A DNA stretch of 64,000 nt from Antedon mediterranea. Taxonomy: Eukaryota > Animalia > Echinodermata. The notes beneath the pieces were generated by a model. The model saw only the letters and a list, made by a program, of their open reading frames with translations, was not told the DNA's origin and did no database searches. Of the stretch, positions 11,901 to 23,533 are shown piece after piece. Position numbers and translations under genes: made by a program. Numbering within the stretch: position 1 is the stretch's first letter; each line of letters begins with the position of its first letter. The stretch is taken from assembly GCF_964355755.1 (NCBI RefSeq), contig NC_092674.1, forward strand, positions 23,932,001 to 23,996,000, read 5' to 3'.

Positions 11901-14660
11901 GACATTTAACATTTTGTTCTTTTCAGACAAAAGAGTGGATATCTACATTGAAAATGAATGGATCTGCAGAAGCAGTTGCATTCTCAAAGGATGGGAAAAC
12001 ACTTTACTCCACAGGAGGTAATCAAATGATCAAAATTGTATAAATACTATACAACAAATCTGTATATTGTTTAAGAAATGGAAACAAGGAATGCATTGTG
12101 GGATTTAATCGTTCAATGAATCTTGTCAATACAAGCCCATAGACCCCCTATTTCCTAAAGTGCCTTTTTCAAACTAGAGACTCACTGATGAATATTGTTT
12201 TGGCCGTCCTACCTAGTCAGCAATTTCACCACTAATACTAAAAAAATCTTTACTAAACTGATCTCTTTGCGTCCCGATACACCCACCTTTTTCTGTTGAG
12301 CCTCTAGGAACATGGTAGGAGCACAAAAAGAACCCCCTATCCTGCCCATTTTAATATTTACATTCTCGTTTTTATTCACAGACGATGGTCAGATTTATAT
12401 TTGGAATTTGCAGAGTAGGACATGTCAGCATCGCTTTGTTGATGATGGCTGTGTGAAGGGGACAAGTATAGCTGTGTCACCAAATAATATGTATTTAGCT
12501 TGTGGGTAAGTATACAGTAAAACAGGCCTGGCAGCTCACCTGTTTCTCTCAGGTGACACCCAATTTAAATAATATTGGGTTGAAATTTTGATTTTTATTT
12601 GATACTACAAGGTTTTTACAGTGAGGTTCATTTTTCCACAAAAGAGGCAAAAATCTTCATGAGCTAGACTAGGCATATATACCATCACTTCTGCTACTTT
12701 TCTATAGTTGAAAAAGGCACTTCAGGCAAAAAGAGGTGTTGTTTGAACCCTACATGCTTGCCAGATGAACATTTGCAATCTTTTTTACCGGTTGAAAATT
12801 ACATGCAGCTCATTTAATAAATTATGAATTAAGAAAATAAATTAATGAATTAGAGAAAAAATTAAATTTTAATTTCTCTTCTGAACTTGATTAGTTTTAA
12901 CTATTTTTAGCCCTTTCCTGTGATATATTATGTTTTATATATGTTACTTTATGTCTTGACAATTTAATCTTAAAGTTTAGAGCATCTAACTGAATTTGAC
13001 CACATGCACTTATGACCTACTGATGATGAAAGTTGATCAAAATCTAGTCACCTGATTAAATTGTAATAGGGTCCATGATGCAGGAATTCCTGTGAGAAAA
13101 TGGCTTCATAGTAACAAACCTTTTATTTTTTAGATCATACAGTGGAGTTGTAAATATCTATGACCATCATGATTGTTTATCGAAGACAAGACCAAAACCA
13201 AGCAAAGCTATTAAAAATTTAACAACACCAACTTCTAAGGTTTTATTTAATTCAACCAATGAGATTCTCTCTATTGCCTCAAGTGCTGTTAATAAGGCCA
13301 TCCGATTGGTAAGTTTTTATGGTTGTCTTTACAGTACTATTTTAAATGATCAAATTACCGTAGTCAGTGCTGATCTTATATAATTTTTTGACAGACAGCA
13401 GTGCAATTATTCAAACGTGGCACTTCGTATTCAAATGTGGCACTACTTATTCAAATGTGGCACTACTTATTTGAATGTGGCACTACTTATTCGAATGTCG
13501 CACTACGTATTCAAATGTGGCACTACGTATTTGAATGTGGCACAATGTATTTGAATGTGGCACTACTTATTCAAATGTGGCACCACTCAAATTTAGTAGA
13601 ATATAATATAGTATTTAAATGTGATGCTACATATTCAAATGTAGCACTACTTTTTTTTCAAATGTTGCACTACTTATTTAAATGTTGAACCATGGAGAAA
13701 TAAGTTATTTCTCCATGGTTGAACTAATTCAAATTTGGTGCTACTTATTCAAATCTGCCACTACTAATTCAAATGCATTCAATTCAAATTTGTGGCACTA
13801 CATATACAATACGGCACTACTTATTCAAATACGGCACTACTTATTCAAATGCATTCAATTCAAATTTCTTTTCTTTAGGTCCATCTACCTTCATATTCAG
13901 TATTTTCAAATTTCCCTGAGCTAAATGATTTGACAGGACGAGTGAACTCCTTAGATTTTTCACCAAGAAGTGGGTTTTTAACCCTTGGAAACAACAAAGG
14001 TCAAGCACTACTATACAGGTAACTGGACTTTTGTTTGTTGTGACCTTTTTGAAAAACCGGACACCCTTTGACTGACCCGAAATGTCCAGTTACACCTCCA
14101 GTCTGAATATCCTACAGCAGAGGTCCTAACTTGACAAAATGAAATATCTGGAAACTTTGTTATAGCATAGCCAAACACTAGAGGGTGCTATTTAAACAAT
14201 CTTAAGCATCAAACAAGAGAGGGTGCTATTTAAACAATTTAAGGCATCAGTATTATGACAGTAAACAATGGTTATGATTATGTCAGCCATTTTACAGGCA
14301 TGTAAAAGGTGGAAAATGTGTTTTTTTTTAAACTTTGGTTATCAAGCAAGAGCCTATTAGTAGATAATTTTGTCCATGTCCAAAAGAATCTGGAGAAATT
14401 ACACTTAGTGGGAGTCAGGACCCAACATTTTGTGAAATTTCTGCTATTGTTCGGAGACTTGGGAAATTTATACTGTGTTGATAGGTGGCATTCCATAGAC
14501 ATACCAATACACCTAATATGCTGTGAATATAATCTATTTAATGTTTGCCATTAACACTATCTATTGTCTTTTTAGAATAAATGTTCAGCCACTTACATTT
14601 TTGTTTATATAATTTTTGTATTTTATTTTTATTAGGTTGAAGCATTTTTCTGAATCTTAA
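5906..14660 (+). CDS. UTP18: U3 small nucleolar RNA-associated protein 18 (WD40), 13 exons
   Basis: Exons 5906-6214, 6624-6733, 7705-7800, 8234-8307, 8785-8927, 10622-10705, 11161-11332, 11727-11827, 11927-12017, 12382-12505, 13134-13308, 13879-14018, 14636-14660; GT-AG and in phase. Motifs LEKVVFG, KPAWHDEDD, FQVDGKNNPKIQS, KTKEWISTLKMNG, VHLPSYSVFSNFP and C-terminal LYRLKHFSES* match UTP18. Confidence 0.95.
6741..6894. mobile_element. 154-bp CAGGG-ended MITE with 5-bp TSD (family A)
   Basis: TIR cagggaataattt / aaatttttccctg; flanks atgtt (6736-6740 and 6895-6899). Second copy at 20190-21493. Confidence 0.85.
7293..7627. mobile_element. TTAA-flanked non-autonomous DNA transposon (Kolobok-like AG...CT ends)
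   Basis: ttaa|agatgtattgtcc ... ggacaatacatct|ttaa; related copies at 21532-23167 and approx. 32890-33221. Confidence 0.75.
8949..10160. mobile_element. 1.2-kb non-autonomous hAT-like element with 6-bp TSD (family C)
   Basis: TIR cagggcatca / tgatgccctg; flanks ttgttg (8943-8948 and 10161-10166); subterminal ggagagc/gctctcc motifs; inverted near-identical partial copy at 20414-21347. Confidence 0.9.
13401..13862. repeat. Degenerate 20-bp tandem repeat (gtggcactacttattcaaat) in UTP18 intron 11
   Basis: Period 20 visible at 13417-13580, more degenerate copies to about 13860. Confidence 0.85.
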
Positions 14661-14951
14661 CTTACGTGGCACTTTGACAGTATTAGTTGAAATGCAAATT
14701 GCATTTCATAAAAGTATTGGTTCTAAAAGTAAAGAAATCAACTGTGTACAACTAAGTGTGGATTCACATTAGCGGCAAATGGAATGCTGTGAAATAAACA
14801 TTTTGAAGACCATGATCATAATGATGTTATGCATGTGAACGGATATAAGAACTGAACTGCAAGAGTTTTATGATATTTTCGCTGTTTGCCGGCCTCCTAC
14901 CAATAAAGCCAAAAAATTTGTTGGGGACACATATGTCATGTTTTGGAAGGG

Positions 14952-15049
14952 CCTGTAGCCATATTCACCAATCATACTTAAGTGAGATATTCATTTAACT
15001 CAATAAATATTTAGTATTTCACTTAAATTGTGTATTGACTTAGATAGGA
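14952..15049. mobile_element. Short hairpin MITE
   Basis: gcctgtagccatattcaccaatca ... tgattggtgaatatggccacaggc inverted ends; related copy at approx. 57537-57697. Confidence 0.7.
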
Positions 15050-16415
15050 TATTTTTATTTAAGGCCATGTTCCTTAGCCTAGGTGTGATTGGTGAATATG
15101 GCCACAGGCATACTACTGTTTACTATAGATGCTGATATCCAAGTTTTTTTAATAGTGCCCTTTATGATTTGGCTGCATTCGCTTGATATTTCATTTTTTA
15201 AAGCTGGGACCATCTTCAAGCTTTAAGTTAAATTAAATATTAATTATGGAAACAGAAATTCAGGATTTTTCAAACGGGGGGTGCTAAGTAACAAAATAAT
15301 ATTAATAGTCTGTAAAAAATAGATATCAAAAAGTAGTTCATAATGTCATTTCAGCTGTGAAAAGGGAGAACATTTCTTCTGAGTAGTGCTACCCCCTGAA
15401 TCCTCCTGGTAACATATATCAATCATGTAGACCTAAAATTATTACCATTCCTTTTCAATTCAAAATAACTGAAACACAAAATATAAACATAAATACAGTT
15501 TAAAGTAATGCACAATATAAAGTTGTTTAGAAATGTACTGTATTAGACACGCCTTTTATTTAAAAGTGGCGTAAGTATTTTGTGTAGAATAAAAATACCA
15601 CAACCATTTTAAAGTAAAAGTTCTTTTGTTTTAAATTGTGTATACTCTTTTTTTTTAAACTTTCTTTTCCAATTCCTGTATGTTCATAACATTGTTGTGT
15701 ATACTGTACAGTACATACATGTCTGGGATGTAAAGTAAATTGAGTAGGCTTGATGGACTAAAATGTTATTGAAATTGTCTTTTTTAATTGTTTATTTATT
15801 CTTTATTGTATAACAAGCCATATGTCCAAGTCCATAGTATTAGCAAGGACATAAAACAGTGAAATCCCAACAATTTGTAAAATAATGCGTTGACGTGCAC
15901 AGCGCATTTTTTCTGAAGTTTCTCAATTTGTTTTTAAAATTTGAATCATATTTAATGATGATATCTGTATACAACAAACTCCAAAGAAATTAAATAAAGC
16001 CATATATATTGTACTACTGTATGCAAATGATATATAGATAAAACTTTGTTTTCAGTCCACATTGAAGTTGATTTCTGAAAATGAACCATTTTAAAATATA
16101 TTATCACAATGACAAACCTTAGCTTTTTATTGGATCATATGTTCTTATTTGTTTTAACTTGTTCTTATAATGTTTTCTTATTGACGATCTATGTATTACA
16201 ATTAGTCACATGGGGTTGGAGGTAGTTTTACCCGTTTCTGAAATGGAAGATCCCATAATAACACAGCCCGTTGCGTAATACAGTGTTATGTGGGCGTCGT
16301 CGTAGGAATGCGTTAGCCAGGTTTAAATGAAAGGACGTGGTCCTGGCACTACATTAAATACCTTTTCGTTTAGTAAGGCTCCAATTAGCCTTTTTTGAAA
16401 ATAGAAATAACCACG

Positions 16416-17761
16416 ATGGGTACGCGCTCATCATTTCTCTACAAATTAGCGATTGGAACTACAGCATCAGTGACATTGATAATCCTTATTGTAATGAGTT
16501 TTGTCTATGTCCACCCATACCGTAAAACGAAGGATTTTGAACCCACTACTTGCAAAGTGAAGGTACATGATATTAAGATCCAGGAAAATAAAGAATGTAA
16601 TTGTTACACTACCAGTGAATCAAGTGATTATGAGACGTATTGTGACTACGGTGATTTTGAATGTCTGAAAATATTTGTGAGTTTTTTGGACAGTCGTCGT
16701 CGAAATAGAACGGCAATGCTGTATACAACGGATAAACAATATCGAAGTGATAAAGAAGTAAGTATAAAGGCCTCACCTCATTATTCAATAATGATTAAGG
16801 TCAGGGGTTAAGGTCGTAGCCTTTTACTTAACTGCGATGAAGTGTTACACAATTGTAAAGCTCACTCATCAGATTGCTGCGAACTTCCCACCCCTACTGT
16901 GAAGTAGACGATGCCGACTGTCTAAAGAATTTGGCCGTGACCTAATATGAATATTCAAAATATTATATAAACTGGTATCCATTTACACGATAAAGTATAT
17001 GATACTAATAGAACACTATAGGAACCGAAGACATTTCGGTCGCGATCCCTGATTGATCCTCATTAAATTATATTTATTGTGATGTGTAACAATTAAGTAA
17101 CTCAAGTTGTCTAGCTAATTTGCATGACCCGCCCCTGTACGACGTGACGTAACTCATTATGTAAACGCACAACGAGCCAATGTGGGATTCACAGGCAAAA
17201 GCCCAAAGCCAGGCTATGAGCGCTCATTGGCTAAACACAGGGGGCCCCGGGGTTAATGGGCCACCTGAGCAGTGCCCAGAAGAGAGGCATTAGAATACGT
17301 CAAAAATATTAAAAACGCACGAGGCCTCACAGCGTTGAAGGGCCACTTGGGGTTCCTAAACAAGGAGGCCACAGAAAAGCCCCGGTTTTTCGTCTACTGA
17401 ATTTGTGAAAAAATACAATGTGCTGTTGTCAATAATACATCTTTTGTTTTAAAAAATACTAATCTCCTAAATTGTTGTTTATTCACAACAGTGCACCTAT
17501 CCGGTATGTGACACCTACGACCCAGAACACGTGTACGTATTGTCGGGCAAGTATGTAGAGGATCAGGACTACCTCGACTTCCGTGACAAGTACACAGTCC
17601 CAGGCACCAACATTCCTTGCTTTTACAATCCTGAACTCGGAGAAGCCATAATGGAGCGGCTAATTACCCGGGAAGATGCGATAGCCAGCACAGTGGCAAC
17701 AGTAGCCACGGGTACCTTCATTATTCTAATACTGTTACTCTGTTTGATTAGATCGACTTAG
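16416..17761 (+). CDS. Calcium-activated potassium (BK) channel beta subunit-like / TipE-related two-TM protein, 2 exons, 203 aa
   Basis: Exons 16416-16757 and 17492-17761 (GT-AG, phase 0). N-terminal TM, then F.PTTC.V, ECLKIFV, AMLY, ECTYP, IPCFYNP and a C-terminal TM: the cysteine pattern of the CaKB/KCNMB family. Confidence 0.75.
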
Positions 17762-17894
17762 GCACTATTCGTAATATATTAAAAGTGAGAACAGGACTCC
17801 ATGACGTCACTGATACGCGTCAGATGGCAGGACTTTAACGTCACCCCGTATGACGTCATGTGGATGGGAGGACTTCGACGTCACCACCGAGTTA

Positions 17895-18078
17895 AGGGTC
17901 TTTCACACCTGTTCCGGCACGGTTCCAGTCCGGCGCCGGAAAATCCAATCGAACGTCAATGTTTCGATTTTACGCGGCTACTACGCGCATATCGATTGGT
18001 GCATAGCCGCGTGAAAACGAAACATTGATGTTCGATTCGCCGGACCGGAACCGTGCCGGAACAGGTGTGAAAGACCCT
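17895..18078. mobile_element. Palindromic PIF/Harbinger-type MITE with TTA TSD
   Basis: tta|agggtctttcacacctgttccggcacggttcc ... ggaaccgtgccggaacaggtgtgaaagaccct|tta; second copy at 49105-49295. Confidence 0.85.
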
Positions 18079-18438
18079 TTACACATCGACATAATGGTTG
18101 GTCTCCCTTGGACGGCGCAAGTTGCTCCCTTGGACACCGCATGGGTTGTGTGGACCACCACCACAAATAAAAGCCTGACCAACTTTGATACCACTGGATA
18201 GATACATTACAATAAAAATATTAATTTATATATTACTAATAACGGGTAATTTTAGTGTGAGATTCTTATAAAGTCAAAACAGTTCGACATGACGGGTAGA
18301 TTGTGGTTGTATTTAATCTTTTGATTATTATAATGATGACGTGAATGTCAAAAAATTAAATATTTTAGAAACACCTGGTCCCATGAGAAGTAAAATGTCC
18401 ACAATGAACCAAGACAACAGGGTATACCTCCGGGTTTA

Positions 18439-18625
18439 AGGCCAATTTGCACAGACGAGCGGTAACAGTAAGCGGAAAACCGCGTAGTTTCTCCCACGTA
18501 GAATCTGTATCTATCCTGAGCGGAAACAACCCGTCGCTCCGCGTTGTGTGTAAATCGTCATAAGGAATAACTTTCTATATTTTTTATTTCACCGTTACCG
18601 CTCGTCGTCTGTGTAATTTGGCCTT
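18439..18625. mobile_element. Harbinger-type MITE (aggccaatttacacagacgag)
   Basis: aaggccaatttgcacagacgag ... ctcgtcgtctgtgtaatttggcctt; partial copies at approx. 8524-8600 and 58174-58345. Confidence 0.7.
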
Positions 18626-19764
18626 ACACGTTATTATAGCATTTTGCAACACATTTTTTCCCTAATCCTGTATAGGGCGGCGCGTTTCATTAAAATTTAA
18701 TATATTTTTGAGGTGCATAATCATAGTTATAGTAACCAGATTATTGTAAATGACAACGGTTGTACAGTCTGTATAATATTGTTATGCACAATATTATGAA
18801 TATTTGTACAAACGGTCACGCATCGTATGTGAATTGTTCCCGACTTTTGTGTGCGATGATGCGAATCAACCTTCTTCTACAGATTTCTAAATAACAATAA
18901 TAGCACACATCAGTTTTTGTATTTATATAAAAACATGTATACGGTGTATATAATATAAATGTATATTTTTATATGTTGTCAAAATAAAGTTATATGGAAT
19001 CTATAGGTGCATGTTTACATTACTATAGGCCTACTTCATCATCGGTAGTGGAGCTGAGTCCCGACTGGATGACAGTTTCTCAGAAAAGTGATCCGTAATT
19101 GTTGTCCGAACATATTGAGGCCTACGGTACATTAGTCCGGATGTGATAATACGCTTTATCAGCAGATTGTGAAGTATAATGCCACTTTATCAGTGCACAT
19201 CTTGCAAATTAAAAAATACCTAAAATGAGGGAAAGAAAAATTAATACTAAAATATTTGTCATGTTTGATTGGGGACTTTCGTGCTCAAATTCAATGAGCT
19301 CTTTTGCATAATTACTCAACGTTCAATCTGATCATATAGTCCGTGGAGAGGACGTGTAGAAAGAAGTCGCGCAGACCTGGGACAAATTACTGTTTTGTGA
19401 TACGACTTGCTGGTAATATGGCCATTAAAAATTTTTTCCAGTAATTTTTGTCACCAGTTTGCTCAGGTTAAACACTTACCGATAATGATCTTTTAGGATT
19501 AATGATATTTGTTATCAGTGTTCTCTCTTAGCCGTTCATTAATAAATCATGTCCAACAAAATGAGCATGCCCAGTCCGAGTTTACAAATTTCCATGATTT
19601 CTGTCACAAGCCGTAGATAGTTTCCTAATTCTTCGTTCGTCCTCTCGAATAAGCGCGGCGCAGAAATATACTCTTACGCCACCATTGTTATTGAATTTTG
19701 CTGTGGAGTACAAAAATAATTCAGCGGGAAAATAAACATCGAACAAACAACCCTGGAATTTTGT

Positions 19765-19861
19765 AATCATCATGGCTCGCTGATTCTAGGCCTATCGAGA
19801 TTTTGCAAGCTTATTCTTGTTTTAACTGGTTAAATCACGATTTATGATTATATATATGCAG
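19765..19861 (+). promoter_or_regulatory. Probable promoter and non-coding first exon of NUP98
   Basis: CpG-richer patch at 19630-19800, YY1-like catcatggc and a good donor gcag|gtaaat at 19861/19862. The NUP98 ATG (25643) lies 22 nt after an acceptor at 25620, which requires an upstream UTR exon. The link is inferred. Confidence 0.45.
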
Positions 19862-20261
19862 GTAAATTATTACTGGTTCAAACACCTTTATCATTGGTAG
19901 TTTTGTTGTATGACTTGTGAAAATATTGAAAATCTTTTGCTTAGTTTTATTTGTTTCCGCGTGTGTTCACATTATTTATACATTATTGGTCGGTTTTGTT
20001 GGTGAAGAAGTGTGTTCCGTGCGCGTGTGCATGTGTCAAGAAACCCAAACAACGCTCTTTGGGTCATCATCAGGCCTAGAGCTAAGCTGCTGCTGTTTGA
20101 CTTTGTTTGTGGTGCATTGTGTGCTGTAGTTAATAATATAAGGCTAAGCTCTAATGTATGAACAGGTGGGATAATATTTTTAGTAGTGTCAGGGAATAAT
20201 TTCGCCAGTGTAGCATAGCAAAAAGCTATACAAAACAACCTTTTTGCTACACATTTCTACA

Positions 20262-21380
20262 GGATTAGGCCAAGTTGAGCCGCCGACAAGTTGAGCCGCC
20301 GCCAGAAAAACGTTCTTTTCTATGAAACGCCAAATGCTTACTTTCGCCGGTGCTCGTTTCTATTTAATAGAAGTTCTATTTATATTAATTATTAGATATA
20401 ACGATGTATATTCCAGGGCATCACGTATGCAAAACCCAGGAGAGCAACAAATCGCTCTCCTCAAATCACCGAGGAGAGCAATTCGCTCTCCTTGCAAAAA
20501 TTTTAAATCGCTCTCCTCAAATATCAACAAATGTATACTGTACCTCTCCCCTAAAATCCCCCACACCCACCTTTACACACAGTATTTTCCGTGGGGATCG
20601 TATTATTCTACAGTAAAAAAACTCAAGCCAATTTTTTTTTTATGGCCTGCCTGGGTAGATTGGGTTTCAGGAGCCTGGAGAATCCTGTCCTGGCCAACTA
20701 TATGCCTTTAGCCTAGCTTTTCTAGCCTAGCTTGTTGGCCTAGAAATCAGACAGAAAACCTGAAAAGTATTTACCTGCAATTCATAAATTATACAATTCT
20801 AACATGCAACAGCCATTAAAATATTGATAATAAGTTACAAAGTGTCATTTTAAAATAATTAAGAAAGATATTTGATCGTGTTTACATGTGTCACACATGG
20901 GCGCACGCACAATAGGGGAGGGCTGAGAGAGCTTCTAGAAGATGCTGACGTCACACGTCAGCACATGTTTTGAGGAGGATTTGAGTGACCAAAATTGGTT
21001 AGAACTTTCGAAGAAATAATCCATCTTCAAAATGACATAATTAAAGCAACCAGCAGCTAAGCTTTTTTAAATAATAAACATTATATTTAGGCCCTCCTAT
21101 ATTAATGTTTCCTTTTAAAATTAAATATATTTTATTAACTCGTTCCATAAAAACATAAAGAGAAAAATTATTGGTTGGGACATGATCTTCCTGTAAAGGA
21201 GGTGTTTCTATGACACCGTACTGGTTGCACTATGAGGCGATGAAGTAAACTCGCCCTTGAATCGAATGCGTGCAGGCAGGGGAATCCCCTTTGTTGGTAC
21301 CTCGCACTGTGAGATGGAGCGCGATGAATTGCTCTCCTGTTCGAAGGCTCAACTTGTCGGCGGCCCAACCGGTCATATCC
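20262..21380. mobile_element. GG...CC-ended element with 9-10-bp TSD (Mutator-like, family B)
   Basis: Flanks catttctaca at 20252-20261 and 21381-21390; imperfect TIRs containing gccgccgacaagttgagcc and its reverse complement. Confidence 0.75.
20414..21347 (-). mobile_element. Truncated inverted copy of family C hAT-like element
   Basis: Reverse complement of 9227-10160, same length (934 bp), near-identical by eye; the other TIR is missing. Confidence 0.9.
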
Positions 21381-21554
21381 CATTTCTACAATTGTGTAGC
21401 AAAAAATACAATACAAAACTATGTTTCTTGACTAAAAAATCAGTTTGATTAGCAATTTTGCTAAACAAAATTTTCAGATGAAATTTTTCCCTGAGTGTCA
21501 AACGTGTACAGTAATTTGATTTTTTAGTTAAAGATGTATTGTCCCTTTGACTAA

Positions 21555-21892
21555 TGCACTTGTCAATTGTATGACCCACTATACGACCCCCGGGAGAGGT
21601 GCGTCATTTGTCCGATGTGCGTCATACTTTTGAATACCATGACGCACCCGTGCGTCAAAAAGGTGACTTACCTTTAGGTGACCATGACACACCCATTTTG
21701 ACGCACTGTGACCATGTTGTTTATGATATGGTGGGTGGTAAAGTGACGGACATTGACACACCTTGTTCATTGATGTGACGTACCATCTAGGTTTTTTGAC
21801 GCACCCCTGCGTCAGTAATTATTTGTAAATGACGCACCCATGACGCACCTCTCCCGGGGGTCGTATAGTGAGTCATACAATTGACAAGTGCA
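21555..21892. mobile_element. MITE with ~50-bp TIRs and TAA TSD
   Basis: taa|tgcacttgtcaattgtatgacccactatacgacccccgggagaggtgcgtca ... tgacgcacctctcccgggggtcgtatagtgagtcatacaattgacaagtgca|taa; partial copy at approx. 24362-24580. Confidence 0.85.
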
Positions 21893-21973
21893 TAATTCCA
21901 AAAAAAAAATAAATAAAAGATTTCGAAAAAAGGTGGGTCATTTTGAAGTATCATAATAGTTATTAACTATCAC

Positions 21974-22707
21974 CATAGTTGCCATTTCTGGCATTATTAT
22001 GCTTTTTGGCATTATTTGGAGGCCCACGGCATCTGGCATAATGCCGCGGCATTATTTAGCCGTTTTTAGCATAATCTGGCATAATTTTGTGTTTTTTGAA
22101 CAACCAAAAAAATAATATACCACAGAACAAGAATAATATTTGGTTAATCTTGCAATTGCGTGCATATCACCTTGCACAATATCATATCGTACAAAACAGG
22201 TCTGTCAAGTTTTTTCCGTACAATAGTTCCTCCATCCTTTCATTTCGGACTCAATCGACTTTTCTGATAGGCTGGCAGGCTTCTGCTCAGAAACTACCGT
22301 GTGTGCGATAGTCAGCACAACGAAACGCCGAGAATAGCCGCGATTGACCGATTATGTTGCTCTATTACAGAGATCATGCAGGTTATTGGATCCCCACAGA
22401 TGATGTAGAGAGAGGGGGGGGGGGGGTGGGAGTTGCAGGGTAGGGGCTGATGACATTTGCAGTTACCATTTTCGCACCCCAGCAGATATTGGAAATTAAA
22501 TTAGTTATTAATACACACAAAACGACAGGGGATACAATTTTAGGCTCTATTTTGTGTCAGTTGGGGTTTTACAGACGTTTTTTAGACATGCAACCGTTGG
22601 TGGTGCTAATTAGGGCCACATTTTGGGGATTTGGCATTATTTTTCCCAATCTGGCATTATTTGAGATGGGCTACGGCATAATTTAAATTTTATCGCTGGC
22701 AACGCTG
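21974..22707. mobile_element. Non-autonomous hAT element with canonical 8-bp TSD
   Basis: actatcac|catagttgcca ... tggcaacgctg|actatcac; subterminal ggcatta/ggcataa repeats. Confidence 0.85.
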
Positions 22708-23533
22708 ACTATCACCAAAAAATTTTCGAAAAAAAAAAAAAATTTAACTGAAAACAGTGAAATACAGACGTTTTTTTGTTTAAAAAATAACTTTTACTTC
22801 CAATCAAAGTTTTCAATCAAAACATATCCCATAACTTGGCTACTCTGTATGCATAATCATAAAACTTCCTCATGATCTGTGTGAAAATACCTTCTTAACC
22901 GTGACGAGTTGTAAACAATCCTAATTTAGCATATACATAATGCATACTCATGGTTTGAAATCTTTGTTTACTTTCGCTTGTGACGATTTTCCAGATGAAA
23001 TGTATTCAAACTAATTTACCTGTTAATTACGTAAACTTGTTGTTGTTGGCTCAAATTTTCGACTTAAAAAGTGAATAACTTTAATATTACTTTGATATGA
23101 CCACTTTAAATTTAGAATACTGTATTTTGACCTTCATTTTTTTTGTGTTTCAAGGGACAGTACATCTTTAAAAATAGGTTGTTTTTTTATTTTTAATAGT
23201 ATTTTAGAATGTTATGTGTGCTGGTGGTCAGGATAACTTTTTTTAGTTCAATTGAATGTGACAAAAATTGATCTAGCCTAGGCCCCATATATCACAGTAT
23301 GATTTAAAAAAATTATAAACATTTTTTGGATCGCCTAAATCTAAAATCAATCGAAAATAACACCAAAGTGTATAATAAAAATTGCGAGTGCATGACACCA
23401 CGATAAAAAACGTGAATCAACTGTTCACGACTGCAGCAAGGTGGTCTCCATAGCACAAAAATCGTGTATTTGATAGTAGGCTTCACATATTGGTCAACAA
23501 CACTGGGTTTACCTATATAGATTTTCATTTGTA

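Larger units (their letters stand above)
20190..21493. mobile_element. Family A MITE (5-bp TSD) interrupted by two nested elements
   Basis: agtgt|cagggaataattt ... aaatttttccctg|agtgt; both halves match 6741-6894. Confidence 0.85.
21532..23167. mobile_element. TTAA-flanked Kolobok-like element with two nested insertions
   Basis: ttaa|agatgtattgtccct ... agggacagtacatct|ttaa. Confidence 0.75.

Noticed and set aside
13401-13924. Repetitive ORFs (NVALLIQMWHY...)
   Set aside because: Translation of a 20-bp tandem repeat within a UTP18 intron.
19270-19415. H/ACA snoRNA
   Set aside because: Two stems are present, but the H box (agagga) is on the + strand and an ACA tail only on the - strand; neither strand has both.
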